NCBI RefSeq assembly: GCF_009834535.1
Contig: NC_045697.1
Location: forward strand, 65,908,001 to 65,972,000
Direction: 5' to 3'
DNA: 64,000 nucleotides
Source: Camelus ferus
Taxonomy: Eukaryota
Shown: positions 51,011 through 64,000 of the stretch, in pieces
Layout of the letters: each line of letters begins with the position of its first letter
How positions within the stretch are numbered: position 1 is the stretch's first letter
Notes under the pieces: model-generated
What the model saw: the letters and a program-made list of their open reading frames with translations, nothing else
What the model was told of the DNA's origin: nothing
Databases searched by the model: none
Made by a program: the position numbers and the translations under genes

Positions 51011-52204
51011 TAGTTCTCATTTATATTCCTATTATATAGTAGAACCAATTGTATTTCAAGGAAACAATAAATTCCTTACCAAAACTGCCTTACAAAAGTG
51101 CACTAAGATGTACCTATCACCTTAATATTTCTCAACCATGACTTGAAGATACCATGCAGAGCAGAAACAATGTCCTTGTGGATTGCCAGAAGCTCTTAGA
51201 ACTGCCTGTACTCATCATCTTTCTGTGAACCTTGGATCTATCATGAGCCCACCGGCCAACTGTGCATTCAAAGATTCAAGCTTCCTGGGGCTCACATTTT
51301 TTTCCCAACAAACCCAGTTCATTATTTTCCAAGACCTATAAGTGAAAGAATTTTAACTTGCTGTGTTTTAACTCCATGAAAGAAATTATCAGGGCTCACA
51401 GGAAGTTTCCTAGATATAAACAATTCATTTGATTTTTGGTTCTGTCTTATCCTTTCACTTTCATACTCCTATTACTTAATCTGATCATTTGCTATTCATA
51501 TTTCCTCTTTTATGTCTGCAATTTTTATCTACGCTGTCTTGCTTTATTATACTTCCCTGCAGTAAGCAGTAACACATAAATAGAAGACTCAACTTTTCAA
51601 GTAGCTGTGTGCTTACAGATAGGTCACTGAAAGTCTACTCAAGTTAGGGCACTTCACAGGGCAGCAGAATTTCACCTGGAGTGATAGGTGTGTTGTAGAC
51701 AGGAACTGTAAATGACTCGGTTTGAATGATGGCTGTTGATGTTCATCTATGCTTTATTCTTGTGGTTCACCTAATGGGTCATGTTATTGACATCTGAAAT
51801 CTACAAAAATGGCCATGGAAACCTCTTGTGTCTAATGTTCCACTAGCATGGAACATTGATCTTCTTAGGACAAGAAGATCACCAAGTGTTCTGGCTCCAT
51901 TCCTGTCACAATAAAGATTTGCAAATTTTATCAATAAAATAATTATTCAAGGAACATAGGAATATAAGTTATTTGGCCTCTGGCAATAAAAGTGTAGAAA
52001 AGTTTTAGTCTTCTACTATGAGATTATAAAAGTAAAATAAATTAATGTGTATTAAAGCAGGCAGCATGTGGAATATGTTTTTCAAAAAAAAATCTCCACA
52101 GTGAGAATAGTATTACATTTTTTAAAAAAATACCCATCATAAAGATTTTAAAGAGTGAAACAGACTTACATCTTTCTAGAATATCTTAAGTTCTTGCTTT
52201 CTAT

Positions 52205-52572
52205 AAGGTGGGCTGGAAAATCTCAAATGCTTATTTGTGGACTAGGGCCAGTCTGTGGCAAAGATTAACTAGTCTGTAGAGAAAAGAGAAAATAATATTA
52301 AGAGCAAAGGAGAGAGAAAAAGAGACAGAGAGAGAGATTTATAAAATGCCAAGCTTTCTTTTCTGGGGGAAGACCTTACTTGCCTCTAAGGTTTTGCCAT
52401 TCTTATTCTAGGAGAGTTAAATGATTATGGTGATAAATGGTGGCTGACTTTTTTTATGTCCTTACTTAACAGAAAGTATTTTGCAAACCCATGTCAGTAC
52501 TCCTCCTCATTTTTTTTTTAAATTTAAAATTGTTTACTGATCTGTGACATGTACACATCTAGGAAGGTTCTG
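52205..52572. mobile_element. possible old hAT-Charlie non-autonomous element
   Basis: Right end tttactgatctgtgacatgtacacatctaggaaggttctg resembles a decayed Charlie-type terminus; family not assigned. Confidence 0.35.
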
Positions 52573-53904
52573 ATAAGCCTATGATGTCAAAGCTGATTCT
52601 ACTGAAGGGTCAGACAGTAACATGGAACTATTCCTATTCTGATTTATCACAACTGTTGTTGTCAGTCCCAAATGCTGCAGACAGCTAGAAGATATCATCC
52701 CTACCAAACCGAAGGTGAATTGGACATTTTTTATCTTGTTAAAAGATACTCAGACCTAGCTGGATTTTCCTCATTGCTCTCACCGCCTCTGTTCACTTTC
52801 TCCTGACTCCTCAACATGCCTTCTCAGCTGTCTTTTCTAGCAAATATTGACACTGGAATTTTCTAAATGATTCCAAATCAGTACACACTGCTTATATTTA
52901 TATTACCCAACAGACCAAATCTTAAAAACTGAGCAATCATCTCCAGACCTCTTGCGCTGGAGAACTGAAAGCACCAGCAGAAGTTAACAACTCAGGGAAG
53001 AAGGTGGTATAAGGTAAGAACATGGCTTTACTAATTATTAGGGGAAAAAAAGCACTGAGGCTCTGAGAATTATCTCCAATTTCCCTACTTTGCTGGGAAG
53101 AAATACTCCTGAGCCTTTTTTCATAGTCACTGAAATTTATTTCTATGAAATTATTGATGGCCAAAGAGAAGAGCAAATAGCTCTGAGAATGGTTGGCCTC
53201 AGCTCTAACCATCGATGGAAAACCCCAAGTGTCCGTCTCCTGGGGCTTGAAAGAGGAGTGAAATCTTTGGATTGGCTTAATTCTTTGGGCTGAAAGTTTT
53301 TAGAAATAAACTTCTGTACCACTCTCACAGTCCTTGGACAGCCTGCACAGAGCCAGGACTGCAGTGAGGCACACGAGGAGGCCCTCACTCTCGGGCCCCT
53401 GCAAGCACAGGGTTGGCACTGTGACACCCGCCCCTTTAAGCTTTGCCCTCCAGGTCTGCTCATCCTAGTCCTGGTCCTGAGCCCACACAGGACTGGATTT
53501 GAGATTTGATAGCAACCCGCTAAACAACAGCATGAGATGGGGGTGGGGAGGTGATATTTCCCCCTGCTATAGCTAAAGAATGGATTTAGGAGTGATGCCT
53601 GGTGAAGAATGGAAGGACCTTACCCACTTGTCAATGATGGGGACTACACATATTTTTATGCCTTTTATGCATGTTTCACAATATCTTTTTTTTATAACTT
53701 CTTTTCTTTATAGTCGTAAAGGTCATCAATATGTAAACAAATGACCCTTTAAAATGATTCAAAAGGTGCAATTTTTGGAAAATATGTCTTCCTCAACCCT
53801 TCCCTCTCTGTCATTGAGAATCGTTAAGCCATAATCAGCAAACTGCCTCTAGCCTTAACCTCTGGGCAGCTCCTTACTTAACTGAAACTTTTTCTCCTGG
53901 AGTC

Positions 53905-54278
53905 TATTCATATATTAATCTGCCTTTTGAGAAGCAGATCTAAAGTGGGATTAAAGGTACAAAGGTTTTCTGAGGGGCAATGCCTGTGTGAGAAAAAATG
54001 GGGAAGGAGCCAGAACAGGCCAGGAGAGCTGACTGGGGTGTAAGTCTGATGGGGAGTGAAGGAGAGAGGGAAGCAGACTGTCCTGCAGTCTAAGGATGGG
54101 TCAGCAAGGCCCCCCCGGGAGTCCCCTGTCTCCCTTGCTTTAGCATCACCCCAGCCGTACTCTGTCAGTGCCTGGGGCAGCCCCTGGGAAGTATGGCCTT
54201 GGTGCCATAACCGGCCGCTGGGGCCCTTGGTTAATTAACCTCCCTGTAGTTCTGCACTGCGCATTCTCAAGAACTACA
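53905..54278 (-). mobile_element. ERVL-class solo LTR, family uncertain
   Basis: gagaagcaga...gggatta...tgcctgtgtgagaaaaaatggggaaggagcc...gagtgaaggagagagggaag...ggaagtatggccttgg; ends ctaca. Confidence 0.62.
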
Positions 54279-54499
54279 GCTCCCGCCATGGCTTCTTAAT
54301 CTTTCAACCCCTCACACCTCAGTTAAGATTGGTATCCCTTACTCCTCTGAGAAAACTTTTGGACCATTCTTCCTCTACTTTCTTTTTAAGAACAAAATAA
54401 AACCATAAACTTATCAAAGTAAACAAGAAAAAAAGCAGCTTTCAGGCTCATGCCATTTAGCTGGTCCGTCTTCTGAGCACTCATTCACTGAACTCTGAT

Positions 54500-54930
54500 A
54501 TCAGGCCAGGCTTCCTCACTCTCATTCTTTCTACTATATCAGGTAAATTCAATACCTGGACCTCTCAGTCTCTCTTCTTCTTGATCACCCTTGACCTCCT
54601 CCTTTACCCGTTCTTCTACACACCCTGCAAAGACCTGTTCAAACAGCATGTCCTCATAGAAGCCTTCTCAGAACCCCAGCTAGATCGGCTCCTCCTGTCC
54701 TGTTCTTCACAGCATCTATGCTGCTCATTCAGAGCTCAGTGACAGCTTTGAAAGCATACATTTATCTGTGTTATTTGACTATTATCTTCTCTCTACCTTT
54801 AGTTCCATGAGGGCCAGTTAAATCTTTCTTGCTCTTTTCTTTCCTATCGCCCACAAGGTACCTGGCACATTGTAGATATTCAATAGATAATTTTTGTATA
54901 ACTGACTAACTTACTGAATGAGTGAATGAG
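54500..54930 (+). mobile_element. L2 3' region
   Basis: tcctcatagaagccttctc...agttccatgagggc...gtacctggcacattgtagatattcaata...tgaatgagtgaatga. Confidence 0.85.
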
Positions 54931-55838
54931 TAGATTCAAATTGAGTTAAGTTGAATTGAAAAAAATATATAAATGGATGTTGTTGCTAAGACTTGTTCAT
55001 CTACATTTGAAATATATATAGTTACCAATATAATTAAAAACTTCTGAAGAATTAAAAATTTTCCTCATTTTATAGCCTATTACAAATTTCATCATTTAAA
55101 AAATTATGTTTAATTTTATCATCTAAATTAGTTTGTACTGGTTTTTTATTTTAAACTACAGGTGTCTTAAGCAAAATGTTCTTTACAGTTCATCTAAAGT
55201 TTCCTTGAAGTTCATAACCCAGGGTCATATACATATTAAAATTCACTATATAGGGCATCAATTTGCAGTACATTAATTCAACTTCTCTATATTCTGGTAT
55301 TTTATTCTGCTTAATGAAACTAATCATTTGTCTGATTTCTCTTCACTTATTTTTACTGAGAGACATAGTTAATTTGACTCTTATATTTTGGGATTTATTC
55401 TCATTATAAGGCCTTTGTAAAGAATGTATCCATTTCTGATCTTAATTTTTTTTCTGAATTATTATGTTGATTTCTTTTTTGTGTTTATCTTTTTCACGAT
55501 TTAATTATAATTAAGTCTAAAGAGTTAAATGTAGATTTTCTATGACTGCCTCAGGAGTTTTTTTAAACATGGGTGGAGTGGAGCACTATTTAAAGGGAAG
55601 TATACTATTTTGATCAGTTTTCCATATTTAACTTGCATTTTCTGTTTGAAATTAGTTTTTATAATAGTTTAATTTACATATTAAATCAAAATCCTTAACT
55701 TTGTTGGCATCTTAGAAATTTTGCCTTTGAAATGAGTATTCTGATTTTTATTATTCTTGGTTTTCTCCCAGGCTTAATACTAAAATTGTTTTATCCTACT
55801 ATCTGATCTTAAATCTATCTTTTTCCTTTAATCTAGTC

Positions 55839-56124
55839 CAGCATTTCTCAATGATTTTGGCCTCAGGGACTCTTTACAGCCTTAAAAAATATTGATGATC
55901 CCTAAGAGCTTTTGTTAGTGTGGGTTATATCTATCTATATTTATAATATTAGAAATTAAAACAGAAATATTTAAAATATTTATTTATTCAATCAAAGTAA
56001 CAATCAATTCTTACATGTTATCATAAACAGTTTAATAAAAATAATTTATATTTTCTAAAACAGAAAAAAATAGTGAGAAGAGTAGCATTGTTTTACATAT
56101 TTGCAAATCTCTTAATAGAAAACA
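55839..56124 (-). mobile_element. Charlie1/Charlie1a terminal fragment
   Basis: cagcatttctcaatgattttggcctcagggactctttacagccttaaaaaatattgatgatccctaagagcttttgttagtgtgggttatatctatc. Confidence 0.85.
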
Positions 56125-56127
56125 TGT

Positions 56128-56530
56128 TTCAAGAAACTAGCCTGATGGTTACCAGCGTCGGGGTGGTGGGGCGGTGGGGCGGGGGTGACTGGAGATGTTG
56201 ATCAAGGAGTACAAACTTCCAGGTGTAAGATGAGTAAGTTTTGGGGATCTAATGTACAGCATAGTGATCATAGTTAATAATACTGTATTATACAGTTAAA
56301 AGTTGCTAAGGGAGTAGATCTTAAATATTCTCATCACAAAAAAGAAATGGTAATTATGTGACGTGATGCAGGTGTTAGTTAATGTTATGGTGATAATCAT
56401 TCTGCAATATATATGTATCAAATCAACAGGTTGTACACCTTAAACTTATCCAATGTTTTATGTCCACTGTATCTCAATAAAGCTGGAGGAAATTTTTTTT
56501 TAATTTTTAAGTCACTAAATATAAATAAAA
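56128..56530 (+). mobile_element. L1MA9-like 3' end inserted at the Charlie1 fragment
   Basis: gtacaaacttccaggtgtaagatgagtaagttttggggatctaatgtacagcatagtg...gtatctcaataaagctgg. AGAAAACA occurs on both sides (56117-56124 and 56531-56538). Confidence 0.9.
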
Positions 56531-57339
56531 AGAAAACAGCTCTTTCAAGTCATGCTGAAAGGTCAAGCAAAATTAGGAGTAAGCACTGATCACTGAACTG
56601 AGCAGTGGGACCCTGGGTTACACTGGTGATTCCTCACTGCTTCTCTCACCTAAGAAATGAAATTTTCAGCTAGGCATATCAAAAATACAGGAGCTGTTCT
56701 ATTCTAACATAATCCATATGCCATAATAATCTTAAAGATGGTCTGCCCTCACTATCTTATCCCACATAAAAACACTAAGTCAGAAAAATTTAAAAGTCAT
56801 AAGCCATTTAATTACCAAACATCCAGATGATCCTATGTTTCTTAAAATATTATTCCTATTCTTATGCAACTCTCCTAGTGAGTTTATTCCTACAATTTTG
56901 CTTCCTTTTTTCCTACATATAACTTACTAATAGTGTAACCCCTGTTTTCCATTGAGGCATGAAGATGAATGGACTTTTGATTTAAGACTTTCAGGTTATT
57001 TGAACTTACAAAAGTTTTTTTGTAGATAATCGTAAAACAGAATTAGAGATGACGTTAAATACACATTTGTTGAAGTACAGAATACCTCTATAAATAATTT
57101 TAAAGTACTGAATTGATACATTTTTCAAAGTAAGCAAAAATAAGAAAAGTTTTAAAATGACTTTCATTATCATAGATACACTTCCAAGGAAACATCTCCA
57201 ATAATTTATTAATAAAGCATTTAATTTACCAATAAATTGAAATAATCTAAAGCTAATCAAGGTTATAAAATACCTTTGTATGTAATTACTTTCCATAACT
57301 ACATTATTTCTTGATGATTTAATTTATAAAATTATTTTA

Positions 57340-57625
57340 TAGTGCATATATATTTACATAGAAAGATGTCCACAATATATTGTTGAGCTAAAAAAAGCAA
57401 GTTATAGAACAATGTGATTAGGATAATCCCATTCAGGATTTTAGAAATCTACATATACATATGTTTATAAATATGTAGGCGGAAACTGGGAGACTGTATG
57501 CCAAATTATTGATATTACTTATAGTCCTAGTAAAGGATTAAGAAAAAGGATTGTGTTTTACAGTTTTGGGTTTGCCACTAATAAATACTATTTTATATGT
57601 CTTTAAAATACATTTGATTGTCAGA
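57340..57625 (+). mobile_element. old L1 (L1ME-like) 3' end
   Basis: catagaaagatgtccacaatatattgttgagctaaaaaaagcaagttatagaacaatgtg...atcccatt. Confidence 0.75.
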
Positions 57626-59375
57626 AACAAAGTTACTATTTTCACTTCGGGCACTAGTATATACATGTTTACAACTTGTATTATATATAATTTTTATATA
57701 CTGCAATATATATTAATAAGTATTCTTGTTTTGGTAAGAAGAGGGGGTTTATTTTTAACAAATTAGAATTTTAGGACTTCTATTCTCCAGATTTTTAATC
57801 ACAGCTGCATAGATGCAAAAGCTACAAGACAATGAATAAGAACGATTGCTAGGGAAAACTTGCATATTTCTCTTAATATAAAATTCTACTATGAAATACT
57901 ACTTTGTGGTTCTCTGAAAATTGAAAAAACAGATCTAGTTGCAATCACTGAAGTTTTATAAGGTATTCAGTCAACTGCATTTTCCAGATTCCTTATTAGT
58001 TGGATTTGGGTAAATCAAGGTTTTGACCTCCTGCTTTTAGTTCTATGTGCTTGTTTTCTAATATATTGCCATAGGGATAAAGAAGAAAGAAAGAGACTTT
58101 ACCTCTAGTGCCAATTTGTTCTAAAAATGAGCCTGTCACAAAAATACATAAAGTACCTCAAATTACCGACTTCACCAACATCCAAATATGTTTATTATGT
58201 ACTATCAGTTTTTTAAAACAACTCTCATTTTTACTATCCTATATGGGACTGTTTTCTCAGACTTTAGTTTACCTTGAAAAAACTGTTGTGTAAAAAGCAA
58301 GCTGAAATGACTGGCAGATCATGCTGACCAGGACAAAGCAGCATCTCATAGAAAACTTTTAACCTGAGCAACGTCACCCTTCATCCATTCACTTGTGAGA
58401 AGACTGTCTGATGCAGAAATCTAGCAGGCAACAAGAACCCAGCATAATTAGAAATGTAGCAGGGAAAAAGCATGCAATTGGCTGTAACTAACCATCTTTT
58501 CAAAGAAGAATTTCTTTGAATTCCAATCAGGACAGCTCTGTCTTGTAGACTGGGGGTAATTTTGAGGGGTGGGCTCGTGGGAGTATTACTAATCCTCTAA
58601 CTCACAATAGCAAACCTCAATGGTCTAGCCCTCTACACTACATGGCTCTGACTCAGCCACAGTAAATGTACTTATTGTGTTTCAAGCTAACTAAAATAAG
58701 TTTGCAGTAGCAATTTTACTGAAATTCTAGCTAAGCTAAAGGAAAAGGAAATCGTAATATGCCATTTTCCTTACCTACTGAGCAGGAACCAAGGCCAGTT
58801 CTAGATTTGTCAGAGTGCTCAGTACACTGATTATGCTTCACAAAGCCAAATAATAAACATCTTTTAAATTATTTCACATAAGAAAAATTATTCATATACA
58901 CCAGATTTCACTGAAAAGAATCAAGGTGCTTTTTCTTTTTTCTTCATATTTAAATCAGTAAATATTCACTAAATATCTATGATACACAGAACACTCTGCT
59001 GACTGCTGAATTTAGATGAAGTGTAGGAAATATTTATTCTTTCCCATTGTACTTTTCAAATATTTTTATCGTGAGTATTTTTGTAAGTTAAACATAGCCT
59101 AGGTTGTGTTTTCAAAACATTATTTCTCTTGCAAATAGTCTTGTATAAAAAATACACACTCGTCTTATAACTGATCAAAGAAAACTTGTGATATCTTTAC
59201 CTTTCTCCTAGGGGAAAAAGTGCCGTTTTTTTTTCCTTTTATGGGGAAGATATACTCTTTCTATTCTGGAAATATTCATTCATACCATTTTATAGTTGAT
59301 TTTAAATATTTGACCATGTCAAAGTCAGAAATAAATTTACTAAATGGTACCCTGCTGTCTGTTTCCTCACCAAAG

Positions 59376-59722
59376 TGTGTCAGCAAGCGTTCCATCAAGA
59401 AAACAGCTAGGAAAGCAGAAACTGCTCAAGATATTTCAATCAGGAAACAGGTAGTACTTAGAAAAATGGCTCAGAGGCTACTGCGAATTTCATATCTGCA
59501 GAAGTCCACACACCTTCCTGCTGCTGCAGAGGAAGGATAACATGGCACCAGCATCTTTTTCACCTTGCAGGTATGATACAAATGCCTCTCCTAGTGGAAT
59601 CTAACTCAGACCATGGCTGGCAGAGATTCTGGGAATGTAGTTCTTAAGTGTTCTGCTATGGCCACACAAAGGAGAACATGGCAGGGGGGAAATGATGCTA
59701 AATTGCCAACAGATAATGTGTA
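59376..59722 (-). mobile_element. ancient LTR-like element, family uncertain
   Basis: tgtgtcagcaagcgttccatcaagaaaaca...gtggaatctaactcagaccatggctggcagagattctgggaatgtagttc. Confidence 0.5.
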
Positions 59723-60069
59723 GGTAGGAGGTAGGATCGAGGCAAATTCTGTCCCAGTGGTATTGTCCAAAGAGATTTAAGCTGTGATTTAACAGCTCAT
59801 CTTACATTACCGAGGTCAATGATAGTTACAGTATAATCCACCCTCAGTTATCCATTTAAGGAGTTTTGCTCTTTGATTCTCCCATGTTTATTTCCTTGAC
59901 CACTTAGATAATAAATTTAAATCTCCTAAATACTAATTTCAATGATCTAACATAAAAACCATACATTAAATTACCACATATCTATATCTACATTACTATA
60001 TCTCTATTGAGAACATACCAGCTGCGAGGCATTGTACTGGAAGTCACTCTGTGGGATACAAAGATGGCC

Positions 60070-60340
60070 CCTTCCTTTCAAGTGTCCATGATTATTGGAA
60101 AGCAAGATGAAAATACAATCAATATAACTCAAGGCAGCCTGTGTCACAACTAACAAGGAGGCAGAGGAAGAGCTGGAGCAGGAGAGATTCCTATGAAGTG
60201 ATGATGAGGAACTGAAGGAAGCCATGGGAAGGAAACACTTTTTGAGGTTAAAGATTCTGACAGATGGAATCAGAGTGAGGAGCATGCCAAGACAGAGGCC
60301 AGGGTAAGCAAAGTCAAGAGGCTGAAGAACTTGTTAGCAT
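60070..60340 (-). mobile_element. L2 fragment
   Basis: aagatggccccttcctttcaagtg...gagcatgccaagacagaggccagggtaagcaaagtcaagaggctgaaga. Confidence 0.55.
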
Positions 60341-60346
60341 TAAACT

Positions 60347-60627
60347 AGCAACACCACAAACTCAGATGCCCACAGGAGCCAGCAGTAACAAATGAAGCAG
60401 CCCATGGAGACTGTAGCCAGAAAAAGACTGCAAAAGCCACCTAAGGAGGTGTCCCTGGTGAGAATGCTGGGCCCGGGGTTATCAGAGCTCTCAACTGTTT
60501 AACCAGAAGTGAAAAATGTTAACACCTAATTAAAACAAAAGCAAAAACAAACTAAATCCTTGTGTAAATCAAATAAAACACATCTATAGCCCATATGTAG
60601 CCAATGACCAACCACTTGCAATCTCTG
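60347..60627 (+). mobile_element. MER102-like hAT-Charlie element
   Basis: caaactcagatgcccacaggagccagcagtaac...caaataaaacacatctatagcccatatgtagccaatgaccaaccacttgcaatctctg. Confidence 0.75.
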
Positions 60628-63600
60628 AGCCCTCTACAATCCCATCCAAGGAATTCTGGTTTCAATCATGAACTCCATTCTCATCGAATAATATGTGTTC
60701 ATCTTTTAAAATTATGAATATTAAACATTATCCCAGAAATCTTCTTCCTATAAATTGCATGTCTTTGATTCTCTTCATAAATCACTTAGAACTCTTAAGA
60801 ATTTGATTTGGAAGGGGCCTAGAATGAAGCAGAGAAGTGACAAGAAAGGGAAAACAGAAAGAAGATAATCAGAAATGCAGAATCTATAGACATTTACCAG
60901 TGTAACTAATATTTATCAATCTTTGAGGATTGAAGACTGATGATTTTATTCACTTTCACTAACTGGGGAGAGAATAGTGAGAATTGTTTGTAGTAGAGGA
61001 TGTGTTGACTTTTCTGGAATTATAATTATTAACTACCTTAGCAGAAGTATACCCTGCTAATATACCCAATGCATGTGGGTATTTAAAATCCAGTCTACTG
61101 TGATGCATAAAATATCCCCTTACATTTGTGGATATTCTTTATTTTACCCAAATTGCTTATTAATTATTTCTCCCAAACTGTGTGATCATACCATCATACA
61201 TAACAAGAGAAAGGATAATAATAGTAACAGGGCACATGTCCAGAAGTAAAATAAATGCCTAAAAAGTAGCCTTAGGGCTGTGTTGCTTTACAGCAACTTT
61301 AAACTGACTTGAATGCTGCACCAGTGAAAAACAGATCTATTTTTTGCAAGAAATTTAACAAAAGAAGCAAATAACAACATAAGCCATTACATAAAGTTTC
61401 TACTTTCAATCAAACAGGCCAATGTTAATACTGAATTATCTATGTTAATACTTCTGATCACATAAGTCTTCTGCGTGTGATCTGCCACCAGGGGAAATCA
61501 CATTTATCTGAGTTTCAAGGTAAGATAGGGCTCCTTGCAGCAATCTCTTTTAATAGTGTCGTTACGCACTCAGGAAACATTTCAAACTAGAAACTTGGAT
61601 AGACGTTTGAATTGAGCTTTTCCCAATAGTGGTGCTTTTGCAGTAACATAGTAGAGCACCTAATGGAACATAATGAAAAAGATCAATGACAGAATCAACA
61701 ATTTCAGAAAAAGAGAGAAAACAATAATGTTCTCTTTGCTTGTAAGTTCCCGCTTCACAGGACAAGCACTATAGAATGTCGGTAAGCATACACACTTTCA
61801 GCTTCAGAACAAAGAATAAACATCTAAAAAGGTAAAAATGAAAATGTGTGCTATTCTGCTGCAATGTGGCTGAGAGTTATAAAGGCCCTATGAACAATAT
61901 TGAGTTTGTGGTGGCACAATCACATCACGAAAGATTTACCTTCACTCTGCAAACTCAATATAGGGCAATAACAGTCTATTACAAGCAGAGCAATACAACA
62001 TCAAAGGAATGTTTAAAAGAACCAGACAGAACCTTTAAATCAACACAATTGAGTTATCTTCCCCCAAAGGAAGCTCCATGGGAGAAATCATAGCAGGGTT
62101 TTTCAAGAGGTATTACTATTTACCATAAGTTATATTTAATACACTTTTAAACATGGTTTGTAATCTTTCTCCACTTTTTAGAACACAGAGCAATAAATTA
62201 AAAGAGAAAGAGTCCCCAAAGAGCAAGAGACTAGGAGAAAAAAAAAATGACAATACTTTTATTCTTCAGGGTTTAACATTTCAAATGATTTTTCCAGCTG
62301 AAAAGGCTGTCTGGGATCTCTCCTTTCCTGATTTCAATAAGATTCTTTAAATCTGAACTTGAAGGAATAGTAGTAAAGTTTTAATATTTATACTTATAAA
62401 ATTAATTCTAATTTTCATTAAAATTCTTCTTAAAATAGCAGTATTAATCATAACACTTAGAAAAATAATAAGAAATTCTCTTTAGCACCTCCAATGTAGA
62501 AGTAAGCAATTTTATTCTGCTTTCTTACAACTGACATAAACATTTGAGAGGGTGAGTTTCTTATCCAGGCCACATCAAAAACGGTAGTAAAATTTACTGT
62601 GGAGTAATGCTATTCATTGTTGGCAATTCTTAGACATTTTCTTGGCAGTTTACTGTTTCCACATACATTTCTATTTTATATTTATATAATAATGTGTTTA
62701 GTTTAATAAAGTTGATACAAGATATTTTCTATGTATAAAAAGATGTTACTTTTCTACATGTATAGCACACATTTTATTGTTATAAACTTTAGTCTAAATT
62801 CATGCGTTTGTATTTCCCATAAAGATAAAGGGAACAAGTGAGTATTACCAGAAGTCCTCATCATCTATTAATATCTGACATTTGCACACAAAGTCATACA
62901 TTTTTATATGACACTAATAGAACTGCTCTTCCAATTCTTTCAAATATTTTTTACCTTTTGTTTAGCATTTTTGTTTTGGCTTAAGTAATCCTGATTTATA
63001 TCAGAGACATATATGCAAAAAGGCTCTAAATTCTAGATAATTTGTATCTATAATGGCTTCTCAGTACATGAATTTTTTAGTGCTGAAAACACACCCACAA
63101 CAGGTGCATGAAACTGCCTGTAACACATGGCAGATGGGAAAGTACTAAGGTTTGTCCCTTTTGATATAGAATGGTTTTACTGGCATCACACTGTAAGATT
63201 TTATAATAAATCAGATTGTATATGGATTTATACTTATGTATCTGATGTTAGAAAATATTTAATTCATGTTTATAATGCTTTTAATTTTATAACCAGCTTC
63301 CTAAATTTCTTTTCAATTGACCTTTATGTCAAGACTATTTCATTTGAAATTGCCCATTACCAGATTTTCTTTTTCAGGTACTTGAGTTGTATCGCTCTGT
63401 TTCTTTTCTGAGGCATGTTCTTTTTTTAAAGCCCATCAAACTTCTCCATACTAATATTGGGAATTTAAAGGCAAAATTCTGAACCATATTTGTTATAATC
63501 TTGCCTGGGTAGTAGAAACTAATTTCATCAGTTTTTATATACCCTGGGTAAGTTTTTCTGGAGTTCCATTATTTGAAACAACTGCTGTCAATGTGATAGA

Positions 63601-63847
63601 ATTTTCATATTTTATATTGATGTGATTAGGATATGTATTCCCAACATGTGTCAACAGGTTTATAAAGGTTAGCTTGCTTATAATTATCAAACCTGCTCCA
63701 TTCAGATCACAACTAGGAATTCACATTTCCCCCCATTCATTCAACCAATTCTATCACTAAGATCCAATGTCCAACAAGAAGTTTTACGTCCTACGCAGTT
63801 CCAATGTCATAAAAACAACCACACTGACATTTGTTCACTGCCTGATA

Positions 63848-64000
63848 TCAGCACAGTGGTTAAAAGAATAGATACTCTGAAGTCAAACCTGACTTTGAAA
63901 TTCTGCTCAACTACTTAATAGTTATGTGACCGTGCCTCAGTTTCCCTTCTACATAGAGATAACAACAATATTTATAGGTTTCTGTAAGAATTAAATCAGA
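63848..64000 (+). mobile_element. MIR SINE with internal core deletion, running off the window
   Basis: gcacagtggttaaaagaatagatactctgaagtcaaacctg...gtgaccgtgcctcagtttccc; the usual ttgggcaagttacttaacctctct segment is missing. Confidence 0.85.

Noticed and set aside
61018..61082. Small palindromes (ttagcag...ctgctaa, taccca...tgggta; also cagaaatatttctg at 1400-1413)
   Set aside because: Stems of 6-7 bp are expected by chance in 64 kb of AT-rich DNA.
61483..61500. CTCF-like GCCACCAGGGGAAAT (also TGGCCACTAGCAGAG near 14451)
   Set aside because: The 3' half lacks the GGC(A/G)C part of the core, so the matches are weak.
63360..63385. Isolated acceptor-like sites (ttttctttttcag near 63377; ttttaaactacag near 55161)
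   Set aside because: No convincing paired donor or open frame; such sites are common in T-rich sequence.
1..64000. Short ORFs in the six-frame track as stand-alone genes
   Set aside because: All are 137 aa or shorter, many start at non-ATG codons, many lie in repeats or low-complexity sequence, and none resembles a cellular protein I recognise.

Overview
This is AT-rich, CpG-depleted mammalian intergenic or intronic DNA. It is most likely from a camelid (alpaca, llama or camel), because it carries a tRNA-derived Vic-1-type SINE with a target-site duplication (TSD) and related young L1 3' ends. I recognise no intact protein-coding gene, rRNA, tRNA or CRISPR array. The only ORF-track entries I can assign are decayed L1 ORF2 and ERVL-type pol pieces. 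Much of the window is interspersed repeats: L1 of several ages, L2, MIR, MaLR/ERVL LTRs, hAT-Charlie elements, HAL1 and microsatellites. Family names come from recalled consensus sequences, not from a search. The most interesting non-repeat signals are: (1) three CpG-retaining minus-strand segments (19044-18953, 11617-11396, 5474-5156) whose splice sites join in one reading frame broken by a single TGA, a speculative decayed gene or lncRNA; (2) a poly(A)-only retro-insertion with a perfect 15-bp TSD; (3) a 19-bp hairpin beside a CTCF-like site; (4) POU/bHLH/homeodomain and RFX motif clusters that may be enhancers. I found no evidence for a new multi-gene system.
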